Of a DNA stretch of 64,000 bases, positions 24,789 to 37,514 are shown piece by piece. Both the position numbers and the translations under genes were made by a program. Origin of the DNA: Macrostomum lignano (lineage: Eukaryota); the NCBI GenBank assembly GCA_002269645.1, contig NIVC01003006.1, positions 61,969-125,968 of the forward strand, written 5' to 3'. Within the stretch, counting starts at the first letter, position 1. Each line of letters begins with the position of its first letter. The notes beneath the pieces are model-generated. The model did not search any database. It had not been told where the DNA came from and saw only the letters and a list, made by a program, of their open reading frames with translations.

Positions 24789-26466
24789 TTGTGAGGCAGA
24801 ATTAGATGCTGAATCCAAAATAAGGCATGTTGCTGAAATGTTTCATTGGGAGGCTAACATATAAAGTTATTTCAAAGCTCAAAATCTGTAATATATAGAA
24901 TTCAAAATTATTAGCTTATGCCTATTAATGTCTATAATTTAGGTAAAATTCTTTTAATTTTATTATTTTAGTTTATTACAATTAATATTCTAGAATTATT
25001 CTAGAAGTGTGTAGTATCCTTATATAATAGTTATATGCCTTAATGATTAAATATAGCTTTTGTAGTTTATTTAGTCTTTAAATAAACATTGAATTTAAGC
25101 TAAGATATATTTGCTGAAGGGTTGCCAGTGATTTTGTCTACATGTACTGCCATTTTTTCTGCTAATATTCATAGAGAGTCATTTCATTTGCCAATTTGGC
25201 CATTGTCTCTGCAATAAAATTTTTCAGGCTTATAATTCAAGATATGGCAGTATTAAGCTGTAGCATTGAGAACTCTAAATAAAGATTTTTAGACTATATT
25301 TAATCCCTTCCAATGATGTATATATGTACTTATTGGGTGTTGCAAAAGTCTTTTCAGTAAATTAAAACCAACATGAAAAGTAGTATTATTCAAATATTTA
25401 AGTATTTTGGCAGCTAAAACTTTTCGCATGTGTTCATGACTTGCAATAGTTAATATTACTTAAAGTAGCTGCCTCCAGCTTTAATGGCTTTCTGAAGGTG
25501 TCCTTGGAAAGCTCTGCAAGTGTCATGGATGTAGGCTGGTAACATAGCATTCTACTCTTCTGTCACAACAGCCTTTAGCGACTCAATGTTGCTGTGGCAA
25601 ACAGCATAGGCCTTGCCCTCAATGTGCACCTACAGACTATAGTCAAACAGCAACATCTGGCAATGATGGTGGCCAGTATGACTTTGGCCCAAAGTTCATG
25701 TTCTGCTCCAGCCACTCCTGTGCAACCCTTGATATGTGTGCAGGTGCTCCATCCTGTTGAAACACATAATTTCCATCAGGAAAGTTGGCATCAACCCACA
25801 GCTTGATTTTGCTAGCAATAACATTTATGTACTCTGCTCCAGTCAGTTGGTATCCAACAGGAAACCACACCAATGGGCAGACACAGCCATTCGATGCAAT
25901 AACACCATGCATCATCACACTTAAGGGGTACTGATTGGTTGTTGAAATGAACCTAACTGACTCCAGAATGTCCTCCTCAAGCTTGATGAGTGTGTCATTG
26001 CAACAGTTTTGAGCAGGATCCATGTTGAAGTTCTTCTTGTCACTGAAGATGATGATGCATCCAGTAGGGGCTGACTTCAAATCGTTCAGGAGTAGGCTTG
26101 CTCTTTCCAGTCCAGATGGTTCTGCCATATTGTGTCACTTAGCAGAGGCCTCTCCTGCACTGTGAGGGACTTGCCACCAAGCTTTTCATGGTTCTTGAGA
26201 TGGTCAACTTGTGGACATTGAATTCTTGTCCTTGGCTTGCCATTGAATGCTTTGGATTCTCAAGAATGGCATTGTGAAGCTCAGAATTGCTCATTGCCAC
26301 TGGCCAGCCACTCTGGGGGTTTGTCTTTTAAAGTGTCTTCAACTTCTTCATTGGCCATTTGCTTCTTGATGTTGTATACTGTTCTTTTAGTGCAGTTTAT
26401 CATTGTAGCAACATCCTTAGGTTTAATACCTGGGCATAGCAAGGTAGCAATCTGGTACCTTTTCAC

Positions 26467-29400
26467 TAGGGGTGTTCGGGTCGGTCATTTTTTCGGGGTT
26501 CGGGGTTTACCCCGAACCCGGTACCCCTACCCTGAACCCCGAACCCCGTCCCGAACATTTCTTCCAACCCCGAACCCCGAACCCGGTACCAAAACCCGAC
26601 CCGACCCCGAACGTAACCCCGAACATTTTCACGCTTATTTTGGTCAATCATTTTAATAAATTAATACACTTTTTCCACCGATAAAAGTACAATATTAATT
26701 TGTATTTCACTTCAATTGTAAGCCTTTTGGGCGCGACGTTAGCTCATGAATGACTTGGGACAAACACAGTTTATATTTGTTGTATAAGTGTAAATTATAT
26801 TGCACAATTCTTATCCTTCAGCTTCAGGAAATTCAAACTGTGATTGTTAGTTACAATGTTAGTTAATTCGGTCCTTTGTCATTTATTTTCAGTAGATGCT
26901 AGATAGTAGACTACATACTGGGCTCATAGACAAAGTAAATGAATAATAATAGTAATATTACATCTATGAGTTTATTTAAGCTGCGAAAATAGAGTACAAT
27001 AAAATTAGATTTTACCCTGTAGTGTAGATATCAGTGGAGATAGAACTAGAGCGATAGAGAGATAGCACAGATAAAACAATGATACAATGAAACAGGAGAG
27101 TTAATCACAAATATATATTTATTTTTACTTTTGACTACAGTTAACAGTAAGTCAGTAGTGGTATAACAGAATTGCTATGTAAAAACTAAAGTGACGTCTT
27201 TACATAAAATTGTATGCTGATTTGAGTAGGTAATCATTGTGATAATTGATTATTGGCGACTGATGCGTGGAGAATAATAGTGTATTTATAAAGGGGATGT
27301 CAACTTAAGCACCAGAATGGAGCCCGAAGTTCAGCTCCGGACCAAACCGACTGCAATCGATAACTTGTCGGCCCAGACGACTAGAATCGCCGAGACATCC
27401 CATCCGGCTCCCTTCCTTGGGGTCCCAGGGGATAAAGGGGATAAAATGGGGATCTCATGTCAACTTAAGGCTCTGGAATGGAGCCCGAAGTTCAGCTCCG
27501 GACCAAACCGACTGCAATCGATAACTTGTCGGCCCAGACGACTAGAATCGCCGAGACATCCCATCCGGCTCCCTTCCTTGGGGTCCCAGGGGATAAAGGG
27601 GATAAAATGGGGATCTCATGTCAACTTAAGGCTCTGGAATGGAGCCCGAAGTTCAGCTCCGGACCAAACCGACTGCAATCGATAACTTGTCGGCCCAGAC
27701 GACTAGAATCGCCGAGACATCCCATCCGGCTCCCTTCCTTGGGCTGACTGAAACTCCTCTTGCTGGCCGCTAGACAGTTGCTCAGTAGGCTTTCGCTGCT
27801 GTGGTAAAGCATTTTCTCTGGCATAAAGTCTGGCAACAAGACGGCGTGGAAGAGCGGAATCAACAAAGCGAAGGCTAGCACCAGACCTTCGATAGCTATC
27901 TTGGTGGTAAGCGTAGCAGCCCAGGAGTCTGAGCACTGCCATTACATGACAATGACGGCCTGCAGTCCTACTTCCAGCTTTTGCTGATGAGTAGTAGCCA
28001 TGAAGAAGTTGCAATCCTGGATCTCTAAGACCAAAGCGATTGTCCGCTGCTGTCGCACACTCTAAGAATCACGCGGTAGGATTTCGAATTATGGCACGAG
28101 AAACGACAGCTAGAAAAATCAAGACGGATGCCACCGACCGAATAGGTTGCTCCAGTTTTCTAGCGGCGTCTCTTGCCGAAACTTCCAATACTCCCGGCGG
28201 CTCGGATGTGTAACTCAAAGTCTCTCCAGGAGTCACCTTCGTAGCTACCGAGAACCTCCTTGACACGAATGTTTTGAATGTAATAATCGGCTTGATCTAG
28301 TTGATACGGACCCACCGAAACCTCTGACAAATTCTCTGTGTGAATTCGGGGGAACCCCGAGCTTTTTGGATCCAGCGGGTTGACAGCTAATCCATGCCCT
28401 TGTGTTAGCAGGGGGGGGCACGCTTCAGATCACAGTTGAAGTGCAGCTGCTCAATTTCGTCCAGTTCGTTGGACAAGAGCACTCGGCGCATGAAATTCTG
28501 CCCGAATTCGAACAACGATAGCCCTGTCCATGACGGTGGCAGCTGTTTAAATGATTCAAAACCTGGATGCGCCCGGTTGTACTTTGCCATCGAGGTCTCG
28601 ATAACAACGTCTAATCGGCTGGGCTCACTGAAGCCGGCTGACGGCAGCCACTGATACGGTTTGTGCCTCTCGTTAACACATTTGTCCTGCTTAATGGCAG
28701 CAAAGCAGCACTCAATGACATAGCGGAACATAGTGGCACAGCGGATGTCTCGGCGATTCTAGTCGTCTGGGCCGACAAGTTATCGATTGCAGTCGGTTTG
28801 GTCCGGAGCTGAACTTCGGGCTCCATTCCAAAGCCTTAAGTTGTCATGAGATCCCCATTTTATCCCCTTTATCCCCTGGGACCCCAAGGAAGGGAGCCGG
28901 ATGGGATGTCTCGGCGATTCTAGTCGTCTGGGCCGACAAGTTATCGATTGCAGTCGGTTTGGTCCGGAGCTGAACTTCGGGCTCCATTCCAGAGCCTTAA
29001 GTTGACATGAGATCCCCATTTTATCCCCTTTATCCCCTGGGACCCCAAGGAAGGGAGCCGGATGGGATGTCTCGGCGATTCTAGTCGTCTGGGCCGACAA
29101 GTTATCGATTGCAGTCGGTTTGGTCCGGAGCTGAACTTCGGGCTCCATTCCAGAGCCTTAAGTTGACATGAGATCCCCATTTTATCCCCTTTATCCCCTG
29201 GGACCCCAAGGAAGGGAGCCGGATGGGATGTCTCGGCGATTCTAGTCGTCTGGGCCGACAAGTTATCGATTGCAGTCGGTTTGGTCCGAAGCTGAACTTC
29301 GGGCTCCATTCTGGTGCTTAAGTTGACATCCCCTTTTAAGCTTCCTCATCCAATCCAGAAGTTCAGACCATGTTACACGTAGCACATGTAAAATTATTAC

Positions 29401-29802
29401 TGAACGTAATTTTTTAAATCATCAACTGCAAGACTGAATGGGTCGAAAAACGACAATCGTTATTTACCAGAAAGTGTAAATGAATCTATGGTTCTATCTG
29501 CTATTTCCGTTTCAAATTGTATGTAAAATATAACTTAAGTTGTACCTGAAACTCAATGCATATCTTTCGCATTGTGGATTTTGCATAAAGAGTAAAAAGT
29601 GCTTGAAAATACTCTTGAGAATGATAATTGTTCAAAACCCCGAAAACCCCGAAAACCCGGTGGCCAAACCCGACCCGAACCCCGAACCCGGTACCCCTAC
29701 CCCGAACCCCGAACCCGACCCGGAACACCTACCCCGAACCCCGAACCCGGTACCAAAACCCGACCCGAAACCCGACCCGACCCCGAACCCCGAACACCCC
29801 TA
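26467..29802. mobile_element. Non-autonomous hAT element inserted in the 5' end of the mariner ORF
   Basis: TIR TAGGGGTGTTCGGG and CCCGAACACCCCTA; subterminal CCCGAAC arrays; perfect 8-bp TSD CTTTTCAC at 26459-26466 and 29803-29810. Confidence 0.9.
27293..29333 (-). mobile_element. TSD-less DNA transposon inserted at AAA|TTT (Spy/PHIS-like), with arms of 161-bp tandem units and a transposase C-terminal remnant
   Basis: Termini GGGGATGTCAACTTAAGCACC and GGTGCTTAAGTTGACATCCCC, flanked by AAA and TTT with no duplication. Minus-strand fragments RYVIECCFAAIKQ, FPRIHTENLSEVSVGPYQLDQA and GYYSSAKAGSRTAGRHCHVMAVL. Confidence 0.75.
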
Positions 29803-29838
29803 CTTTTCACCTCCATCTTTAACAAAGTGGTCAGATTG

Positions 29839-30552
29839 GGGGGGGGGGGTTTCACAAACTCGAAATTTCACAACATCGAAAGCACCTTCTTTCACAAGGT
29901 CGAAATTTCACAAGGTCGAAATTTCATAACATCGAAAACTCAAATAGCAGCCACTTTCACAAGGTCGAAACTTCACAAGGTCGAAATTTCACAACATCGA
30001 AAGCTTTAGCAAAGGACTTCATAAGGTCGAAATTTCACAAGGTCGAAATTTCACAACATAGAAAAGTTAACAGCAGCCACTTTCACAAGGTCGAAACTTC
30101 ACACGGTCAAAATTTCACAACATCGAAAATTTTAGCAAGAGACTTCATAAGGTCGAAATTTCATAAGGTCGAAATTTCACAATGTAGAAAACTACTGTAT
30201 GGTTCTTGATATATAAAATTTTCGACTTTGTGAAATTTTGAGCTTATGAAGTTTCAACCTTGTGAAAGTGGCTGCACTTGAGTTTTCGATGTTATGAAAT
30301 TTTGACCTTATGAAGTCTCTTGCTAAAATTTTCGATGTTGTGAAATTTCGACCTTATGAAGTTTCGACCTTGTGAAAGTGGCTGCTATTTGAGTTTTCGA
30401 TGTTGTGAAATTTCAACCTTATGAAATTCCGACCTTATGAAGTCTCTTGCTAAAGTTTTCGATGTTGTGAAATTTCGACCTTGTGAAGTTTCGACCTTGT
30501 GAAATAATTTACTTTTCGACGTTGTGAAATTTCGACCTTGTGAAAGCACCCC
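29839..30552. mobile_element. Foldback/Mutator-like MITE with about 16-bp subrepeats (AAGGTCGAAATTTCAC)
   Basis: Left half is inverted relative to right half; GGGG..CCCC termini; 9-bp TSD GTCAGATTG at 29830-29838 and 30553-30561. Confidence 0.82.
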
Positions 30553-31199
30553 GTCAGATTGATCTGAAATGCTAGCCAAAACCTTAGATTATATTGCTCT
30601 ATAGCTGGCTAAATGGGCTAGCTTGTAATGTGTATCCTTTTCTATTTATATGCATTTACAGATCACTAAAAAGACTTTTACAATACCCAGTATCTTTAGA
30701 TGTACTAAAATAAAATGCACAACATCTACATATATTATAACATATAGGGCTATTATAGTAAGCTAACTTAATGATCTTTCAGTTTATATTGGTGCTAAAA
30801 TTTGAAAGTACAGTATGCCAAATCATTTGATTTATGTACTTAGTTAAAAAAATATGACCTTTCTTCAAAGGTTCTACTATACATAATTTAGCATGCATAT
30901 TCTGAATTGTTATGATTTGCATTGCTCACCAAGATTTGATTTATATATTTGCATTGCTACTATTTGTTTTTGTAGATATATAACTAGCAATCTAGCGTGG
31001 CCCCCTTTGGAGCACCCAGTAAGAAAGGAGCAAAAATAGTTCATGGAAGTTCATGGAAAACAATTAAAAAAACACATTTTCTTAAAAATCAATTCCTTCT
31101 TCACTTTTAAAAATCACCTTATTCATGTAAAATTGTCACGGACAAAGATGTTTGCTATGAATATCTTTTTTTCTAAAATTAACAAACAGACAACAAAAT

Positions 31200-31470
31200 A
31201 TAGCTTTCACAAAGATAACAGACATTTCTCCTAAAAAAGAAAATATTCCCAAGACAGCAAGCATACCCCCAGATAGAAAGAACCCCCTTCAAAAAGTAAG
31301 CAACCAGATAGCAAGCATCCCTTAATACTTGTAGCAAGAATCCACTTAGATAGCAAGCATCACCCTAGATAGCAAGCATTCTGCAGATAGTAAGCATCCC
31401 CCGAGATAGAAGCATCTACCTAGATAGCAAGCATTCTGCAGATAGCAAGCATCCCCCAGATAGGAAGTAG
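31200..31470. repeat. Diverged inverted relative of the 18-bp PIAS-intron array plus its flank
   Basis: AGATAGCAAGCATCCCC units preceded by AAAATATTCCCAAGACAGCAAGCAT, matching the reverse complement of about 19130-19230. Confidence 0.7.
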
Positions 31471-31724
31471 CTAGTGCAAATGTTACCTCTGCTAATGCAA
31501 TAATCACTTTCTCAAGTTGTGAAACAATCCATGTCTCAGCTAGTGAAATAATTATTTTCTCATCTAGTGCAATATTCCTTTACTTATCAAGTCCAAAAAT
31601 TGATGTTTCAGCTAATACAATAGCCTTTTCTAATCTAGTGCAATACCCCTTGGCTTATCAAGTGCAATATTCCTTCATTTATCTAGTGCAATATTCCTTA
31701 TTATCAAAGTACAATAATCATTAG

Positions 31725-32085
31725 CTTATCAAGTGCAATATTCTTTATTAATTATCAAGTGCAATAATCAATGGCTTATCAAGTGCAGTAATCCTTGGTT
31801 TATCAAGTGCAATAATCCTTGGTTTATCAAGTGCAGTAATCATTGGCTTATCAAGTGTAATAATCCTTGGTTTATCAAGCACAGTAATCCTTGGTTTATC
31901 AAGTGCAGTAATCTTTGGTTTATCAAGCACAATAATTTCTGGTTTATCAAGTGCAAGCAATAATCCTTGGTTTATCAAATACAGTAATCCTTGGCTTATT
32001 AAGTGCAGTTATCTTTGGCTTATCAAGTGCAGTAATTCTTGGCTTATCAAGTGCAGTAATCCTTGGCTTATCAAGTGCAATAATC
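31725..32085. repeat. 24-bp minisatellite (TTATCAAGTGCAGTAATCCTTGGT)
   Basis: Direct tandem units with a degenerate left border. Confidence 0.9.
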
Positions 32086-32307
32086 CAGGTCTTTTTAATT
32101 AGCCCTTTAATAAAAGCTTTCAATAAAAATTTACACTGCTTTTACCCTACACAGATTTGAACCCAGGTTGCTATATTAACAGGCTGAGAAGCTGGGCTTG
32201 CATCCTATTTGTCTGCTAGAAAAAGCAGTTTTGTTTGCTAGCAGGCAAAAAGGTGGCAAACAAAAAAATAATTGCACACCTGCCAAAGTAGGCCTCTTAG
32301 AACTTTT

Positions 32308-32420
32308 ATCTCTACATATAAAAATCAAAACTCTGTCTATGTGTCTGTGGACAATTTTGTTTGCTATGGACTCCCAAACTGCTCAACAATTACACCAAAC
32401 TTTACACCCACCCTAAACTT
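32308..32420 (+). mobile_element. Possible 5' end of a non-autonomous Helitron-like element
   Basis: TC-TACATATAAAAATC..TGTCTATGTGTCTGT..ATGGACTCCCAAAC resembles invertebrate Helitron 5' ends; no matching 3' end established. Confidence 0.3.
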
Positions 32421-32782
32421 ACTATGGAGAATATCTTAGGCTACCTTAAAATTTCCTAAACTCAAGTCTTCTTACCTAAAAGTACAAAAAACTGCTCAAA
32501 ATTTGCGATTTTTTTTACTAAATCCTCCATAGCGCCGTTCCAGTTTTACCAATCCTCTTCAAATTTGACATGAACAATCTTCAACTATCTTGACACAATT
32601 GTGTAAAATTTCGAGTCTCAAAGTTAATCCTGAATAGCGCTATGCACTTTTAAAGTTAGGCTGCTTTTTTCAGCGAGATAGCCACTCCAACCTCTGCTGC
32701 CTGCCTCTCTTTCATGATCTGGGCCTAGATGTGTAAAAGGGTTTCAAAATTGACTAACTTTCAGCTGCCATAAGTTTTCTCC

Positions 32783-34435
32783 GGGTCTACGACGTTTGCC
32801 TGCGGGACGTTTGCCAGCCGACGTTTGCCTGCGGGACGTTTGCCAGCCGACATTTGCCAGCCGACGTTTGCCAGCCGACGTTTGCCAGCGGGACGTTTGC
32901 CAGCCGACGTTTGCCTGCCGGACGTTTGCCTGCGGGACGTTTGCCAGCCGACGGTTGCCAGCCGACATTTGCCAGCCGACGTTTGCCAGCGGGACGTTTG
33001 CCAGTCGGACGTTTGCCTGCCGGACGTTTGCCAGCCGACGTTTGCCAGCCGACGTTTGCCTGCCGGAAGTTTGCCAGCCAAAATTTGCTAGCCAATATAA
33101 AGCCAGTCAGTGAAAAATTTGATACTGAAATATTCGCAGTTTAGCGGTTTGACAAAAACCGTTTTTACTCCAACTTTTTGACGGTTATTCGCATATATAC
33201 AAGTTTGAAAGCAAAATCTATAAATTATGCAATTTATGCAAAATCTATATAAATTATGCAATTTATATAGATTTCCATCTAATATCCAGTTTAACAACGA
33301 TTTTCTTTGAATGTGAAAATATTGTTTACTTTTGACAATTGTGTATCGTTTTTCCCAGTTTGAGATGTTTGATTTTTGATGTGCGAAAGAAGACGCGCAG
33401 ATTACAACGGGAATCTCCAGCGATTAAGTTATGAGGCAAACAAAAAGAGCTGCTGAGCGGTAATTCTGACTCATATATTTCTCAGTTCATTGGGAGATCC
33501 AAAAGTAAGCAAATTGATTCCAATGCTGTTGTATTACTACTCAAGTAAGCCAGGAAACCGCGATCTCAACGTACATGTGTAGATGAGTCGAATGCGGTAC
33601 GTTTGTATAGTAAGCTATATAGCTGAATAGCCAGACAAGCCGCCAGTAGCAAGCTAGTAGGATAGCAAGCGCTAGACACTACGTATGCAAAGCTTAGTCA
33701 CGCCAAGGACTACTAAAGTAGTAGTACGCAGCACTCGAAATCTATGAAAAATGTTTTGAAGGCCATAGGGAGATAGGAAGTTTTCATCTTTTCAGCACAA
33801 CAATTGTTATTGCTTTCATACGAGGCAAACCCAATGTTCATCTTTTGATATGTTGTGCCAAAATCGTTGTTAAACTAGATTTATATATTTCTTAGATTTA
33901 GATTTTCTAGATTTATACTATATTTATATATTTTGCTTTCAAACTTGTATACATGCGAATAACCGTCTAAAAGTTGGAGTAAAAACGGTTTTTGTCAAAC
34001 CGCTAAACTGCGAATATTTCAGTATCAAATTTTTCACTGACTGGCTTTATATTGGCTAGCAAATTTTGGCTGGCAAACTTCCGGCAGGCAAACGTCGGCT
34101 GGCAAACGTCGGCTGGCAAACGTCCGGCAGGCAAACTTCGGCTGGCAAACGTCGGCTGGCAAACGTCCGGCAGGCAAACGTCCCGCTGGCAAACGTCGGC
34201 TGGCAAACGTCGGCTGGCAAATGTCGGCTGGCAAACGTCCCGCAGGCAAATGTCCGGCTGGCAAACGTCCGGCAGGCAAACGTCGGCTGGCAAACGTCCC
34301 ACTGGCAAACGTCGGCTGGCAAACGTCGGCTGGCAAACGTCGGCTGGCAAACGTCGGCTGGCAAATGTCGGCTGGCAAACGTCCGGCAGGCAAACGTCGG
34401 CTGGCAAACGTCCCGCAGGCAAACGTCGCTATCCC
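32783..34435. mobile_element. Foldback/Mutator-like element, about 540-bp TIRs with 14-15-bp subrepeats (GACGTTTGCCAGCC)
   Basis: GGG..CCC termini; inverted arms include unique sequence (33080-33300 vs 33860-34075); perfect 9-bp TSD GTTTTCTCC at 32774-32782 and 34436-34444. Confidence 0.9.
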
Positions 34436-35216
34436 GTTTTCTCCACGTAAAGCGATTGACTTTAAACTTGACACAATTCTTAATTGACTCATTCTCTGTC
34501 TAAATATAAAGTTTTAACTCTCTAACTCAATCAGAACAGAAACTGTAAGCACATGAAGTTTGTCTGCTTTTTCTGTTGTTTGTGCCACTCACTCACTCAT
34601 TCCCCCAGAGCCAGACAAAGGATCAGGCGATAGGACTGAATGTACATAGTAAATGTACAGTGTTTTGGAATAACTTTTTTATAGCCTTCTCGCACCCCGA
34701 GAGTGGAGAGGCTACATTTAGCCATAACAGTTTAGTGAGAAATTCTAACCATTGCCTGCCCTCCCCTCTGTATTGGCAAACTCTGCAGCAATTTAATAGT
34801 GGATGGCAATTGGCAAATTGAGGGAATCCAGCAAAAAAAGCGAAAGCGAAAAGCTGTTTGTAAAAGCAAAAGATTTATATAAAGGCGATGCGATGCAATG
34901 CACAATGCAATACAACCCTACTAAATTAGGCACACCATGGAAATTTTAGGTTTCTTTTAAAGGTAGTGTGTAAATTTTAAATGGCCTCCTAAGAAATGCG
35001 TATTTCCTTGGTTGATGTTAGACTGATGCAGACTGCAGTGGAGCTGAAGATACACAAATTCCTTTCAGGGCTGCAAATTGGCAAGAAAGATGACATGATC
35101 AAAGCATGAGAACAACAATGAGAGTAATACATCCTACAAACTGGCTTTCGAAGCAGGGATTGGCAGACTTTTACTTCGATAGCCAGATAAAGAATCCAGC
35201 TTATGTGTGGGCCAGA

Positions 35217-36036
35217 TGAGAGTGGAAAGGAGAAGGAATAGACTATTAGAAGAAGAGAGGAGAGGCGAGAGGGGGATAAGAGAAAACATGGAAGATAAGA
35301 GGAGAGACAAGTGGTGAGGAGAGAGCAGAGAAGAAGGGAGGAAGAAGCGAGAGGAGGGGAGAAAGGAGGGAGAGGAAAGAGTAAAGGTGAGAAGAGGGGA
35401 GAGATAGACAGAGGATCGATGAGAGGAGAGTAGAGAAGAGTGAGAAGATAGTAGAGATGAGAGAGCAAAAAGAATATGACAGAGGGTCAAGAGGAGAGGA
35501 GAGATTAAAGAGGAGAGAGTAGAAAGGATAGAGAAGAGAGGAGATAAGAGGGGCAGAGAGGAGTGAGAAGAGAAGAGATAGAGATAAGAGAGAGGTGTAA
35601 GAAGAGGGGAGAAAGGAGAGATAAGATTGTAGAGATGAGACAGATTAAAGGAAAGATGAGAAAGTAAAGATGAGAGATGAAAAAGGTGAGAGGAGAGTAC
35701 AGAGAGACGAGAGAAGATAATAGAGAGAGAGTATAGAAGAGGGAAGAGAAAAGAAGAGAGGAGTAAGGAAAGAGAGGAGTCAGAAGAGGTAAAAGAGAAG
35801 AGTACAGAGGAGATAAGTGAGAGAATGTATAAGAGAGTAAAGATGACAGATGAGAGAGCAGAGATGAGGGTGAACAGACAAGAGATGGGAGAGAAGAGAG
35901 AACAGAGGAGAGATAAGAGATGAGATAAGAGAGATGAAAGAGAAGAGAGATGAGGGAAGATACAAGAGAAGAGAGGAGAGAAGAGAGAGGAGAGACAAAG
36001 GGTGAGAGAGAAGAGAGGAAACAGAAGAGACAATAG
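35217..36036. repeat. Low-complexity polypurine (GA-rich) tract
   Basis: About 820 bp almost only G and A on the plus strand; the Leu/Ser-rich minus ORFs are artefacts. Confidence 0.95.
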
Positions 36037-37479
36037 AAATTTTAAAGGATCTAAGGGACATAGGGAGAGTCAGGGAGAGGCCAGAGTTTGCCAATACATG
36101 TTTTAGAGTCAGATAGACATTGCCTGACATTCTTCGGAGTACCCCAGCCAACAATATCAATGTTTGCCTCAAACCCTAATTTTACACGAATATGCTCCAT
36201 TTTATGTCTACCTCTATCCTACGAACTATAAACAAGTTTTTGTTTGTTTATGGCCTTAGATTTCAGAATACATGCAAAAGTATTCCAGGGATTAGAATTC
36301 CCTAGGTTCAAATTCTGCAGGTTTCAACAGCTTATGTATATTATATATTAAAGAAAGTGACATGCTTTATTAGCTTTGCTAGCTCATGCCAAAAGACCTA
36401 GTAAAGCATAGTATAAGTTGGTATAGGCCTAATATAAACAAATATAAACTAGTAGGCCTAAACCTATTCTAGTTATGCCTATTAATTTACAAAACTTACT
36501 TTTAACTCAATTTTTTTTTGCAACATTTGAGTAAATTTGAGTGAATAGAATGCAACTTTAGCCTAAGGCCTAACTTAAAAATTAGGTTTCACAAATTAAT
36601 AACTTTGCAATATAAATAAATACATAGAATGAAAACCAAATATAAACTAGAATAGAATCAAGAATTCTTTGTAATAGAAAACAAAAAACTGCAGTGGGAA
36701 CAATTTCCATCTTATATGTTTAGCACATTGACGAGATATAGGCCTAGCTAAAAATAATAGAACAAATATTCCAGCAAAGCTATGTTGTTATACTGTGATG
36801 AAATTGAATATACTAAACTATAAATTATTCTTTATACTTATAGTATGTGTAAGAAGATAGGATAGACTGTTTTGTCAGTGTGCCATGCAGATAGGACAGA
36901 AATTATTCCCATAGCATATTTAGACATCAATAATAAGATGGCTATCTTAATCTTGCTCATGTGCCATGCTGCTAAGCAGAAAATTATTCCCATAGTACTG
37001 TAGGAATAAGGCAGAAATTATTCCTACAGTACTGTGGGGATAAGCACTGTTGTGAAATATAGACCTAGCATTCTAGCAACTTAAAAGCCATACTTATTCT
37101 TACAATTATGCCTAACCTAGGTGCACTATAGAAAGACTCATTATAGCAAAACACTAATTTTTATTATTTGAGACTAGGCCTATCTGGCTATCTTGCTTCC
37201 AAATATATTGGCAACTAATTGGAATAGTTTTGGTTTTGTATCAATATCAACTATCTATATCCTAAAGGCTACAGATTACAGATACGCTACAGGGTACAAG
37301 AAAAAATACACCTAATAGTAATAATAATGTTTGTTATTCTTCTTTCATTAAAAATTGTAAAAAATGCAACAATTTACATAGTAAATACTATTATGCTGAG
37401 TACTATTACACTGCGATTCTCAGGGATGGAATCAGAACTTGTGTCTAAATAGCCGCACACATTAACTGCTCCTTAACGA

Positions 37480-37480
<1 letters not shown>

Positions 37481-37514
<34 letters not shown>

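Larger units (their letters stand above)
25333..30690 (-). mobile_element. Defective Tc1/mariner (maT/DD37D-like) transposon, about 1.29 kb once two insertions are removed
   Basis: TIRs TTGGGTGTTGCAAAAGTCTTTTCAG and rc CTGGGTATTGTAAAAGTCTTTTTAG, flanked by TA. Transposase motifs IIFSDKKNF, FQQDGAPAH, WPPS.PD..FDYS, with stops and frameshifts. Start MEVKRYQIATL is rebuilt by joining 29816-29803 to 26458 downward. Confidence 0.9.

Noticed and set aside
27317-29309. Repeated ORF MEPEVQLRTKPTAIDNL as a gene family
   Set aside because: It is a translation of the 161-bp TIR unit, present on both strands.
32744-34503. Arg/Ala-rich ORFs on both strands
   Set aside because: Translations of the 14-15-bp foldback subrepeats.
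34989-36172. Leu/Ser-rich membrane-protein-like ORFs
   Set aside because: Reverse complement of the GA-rich tract.
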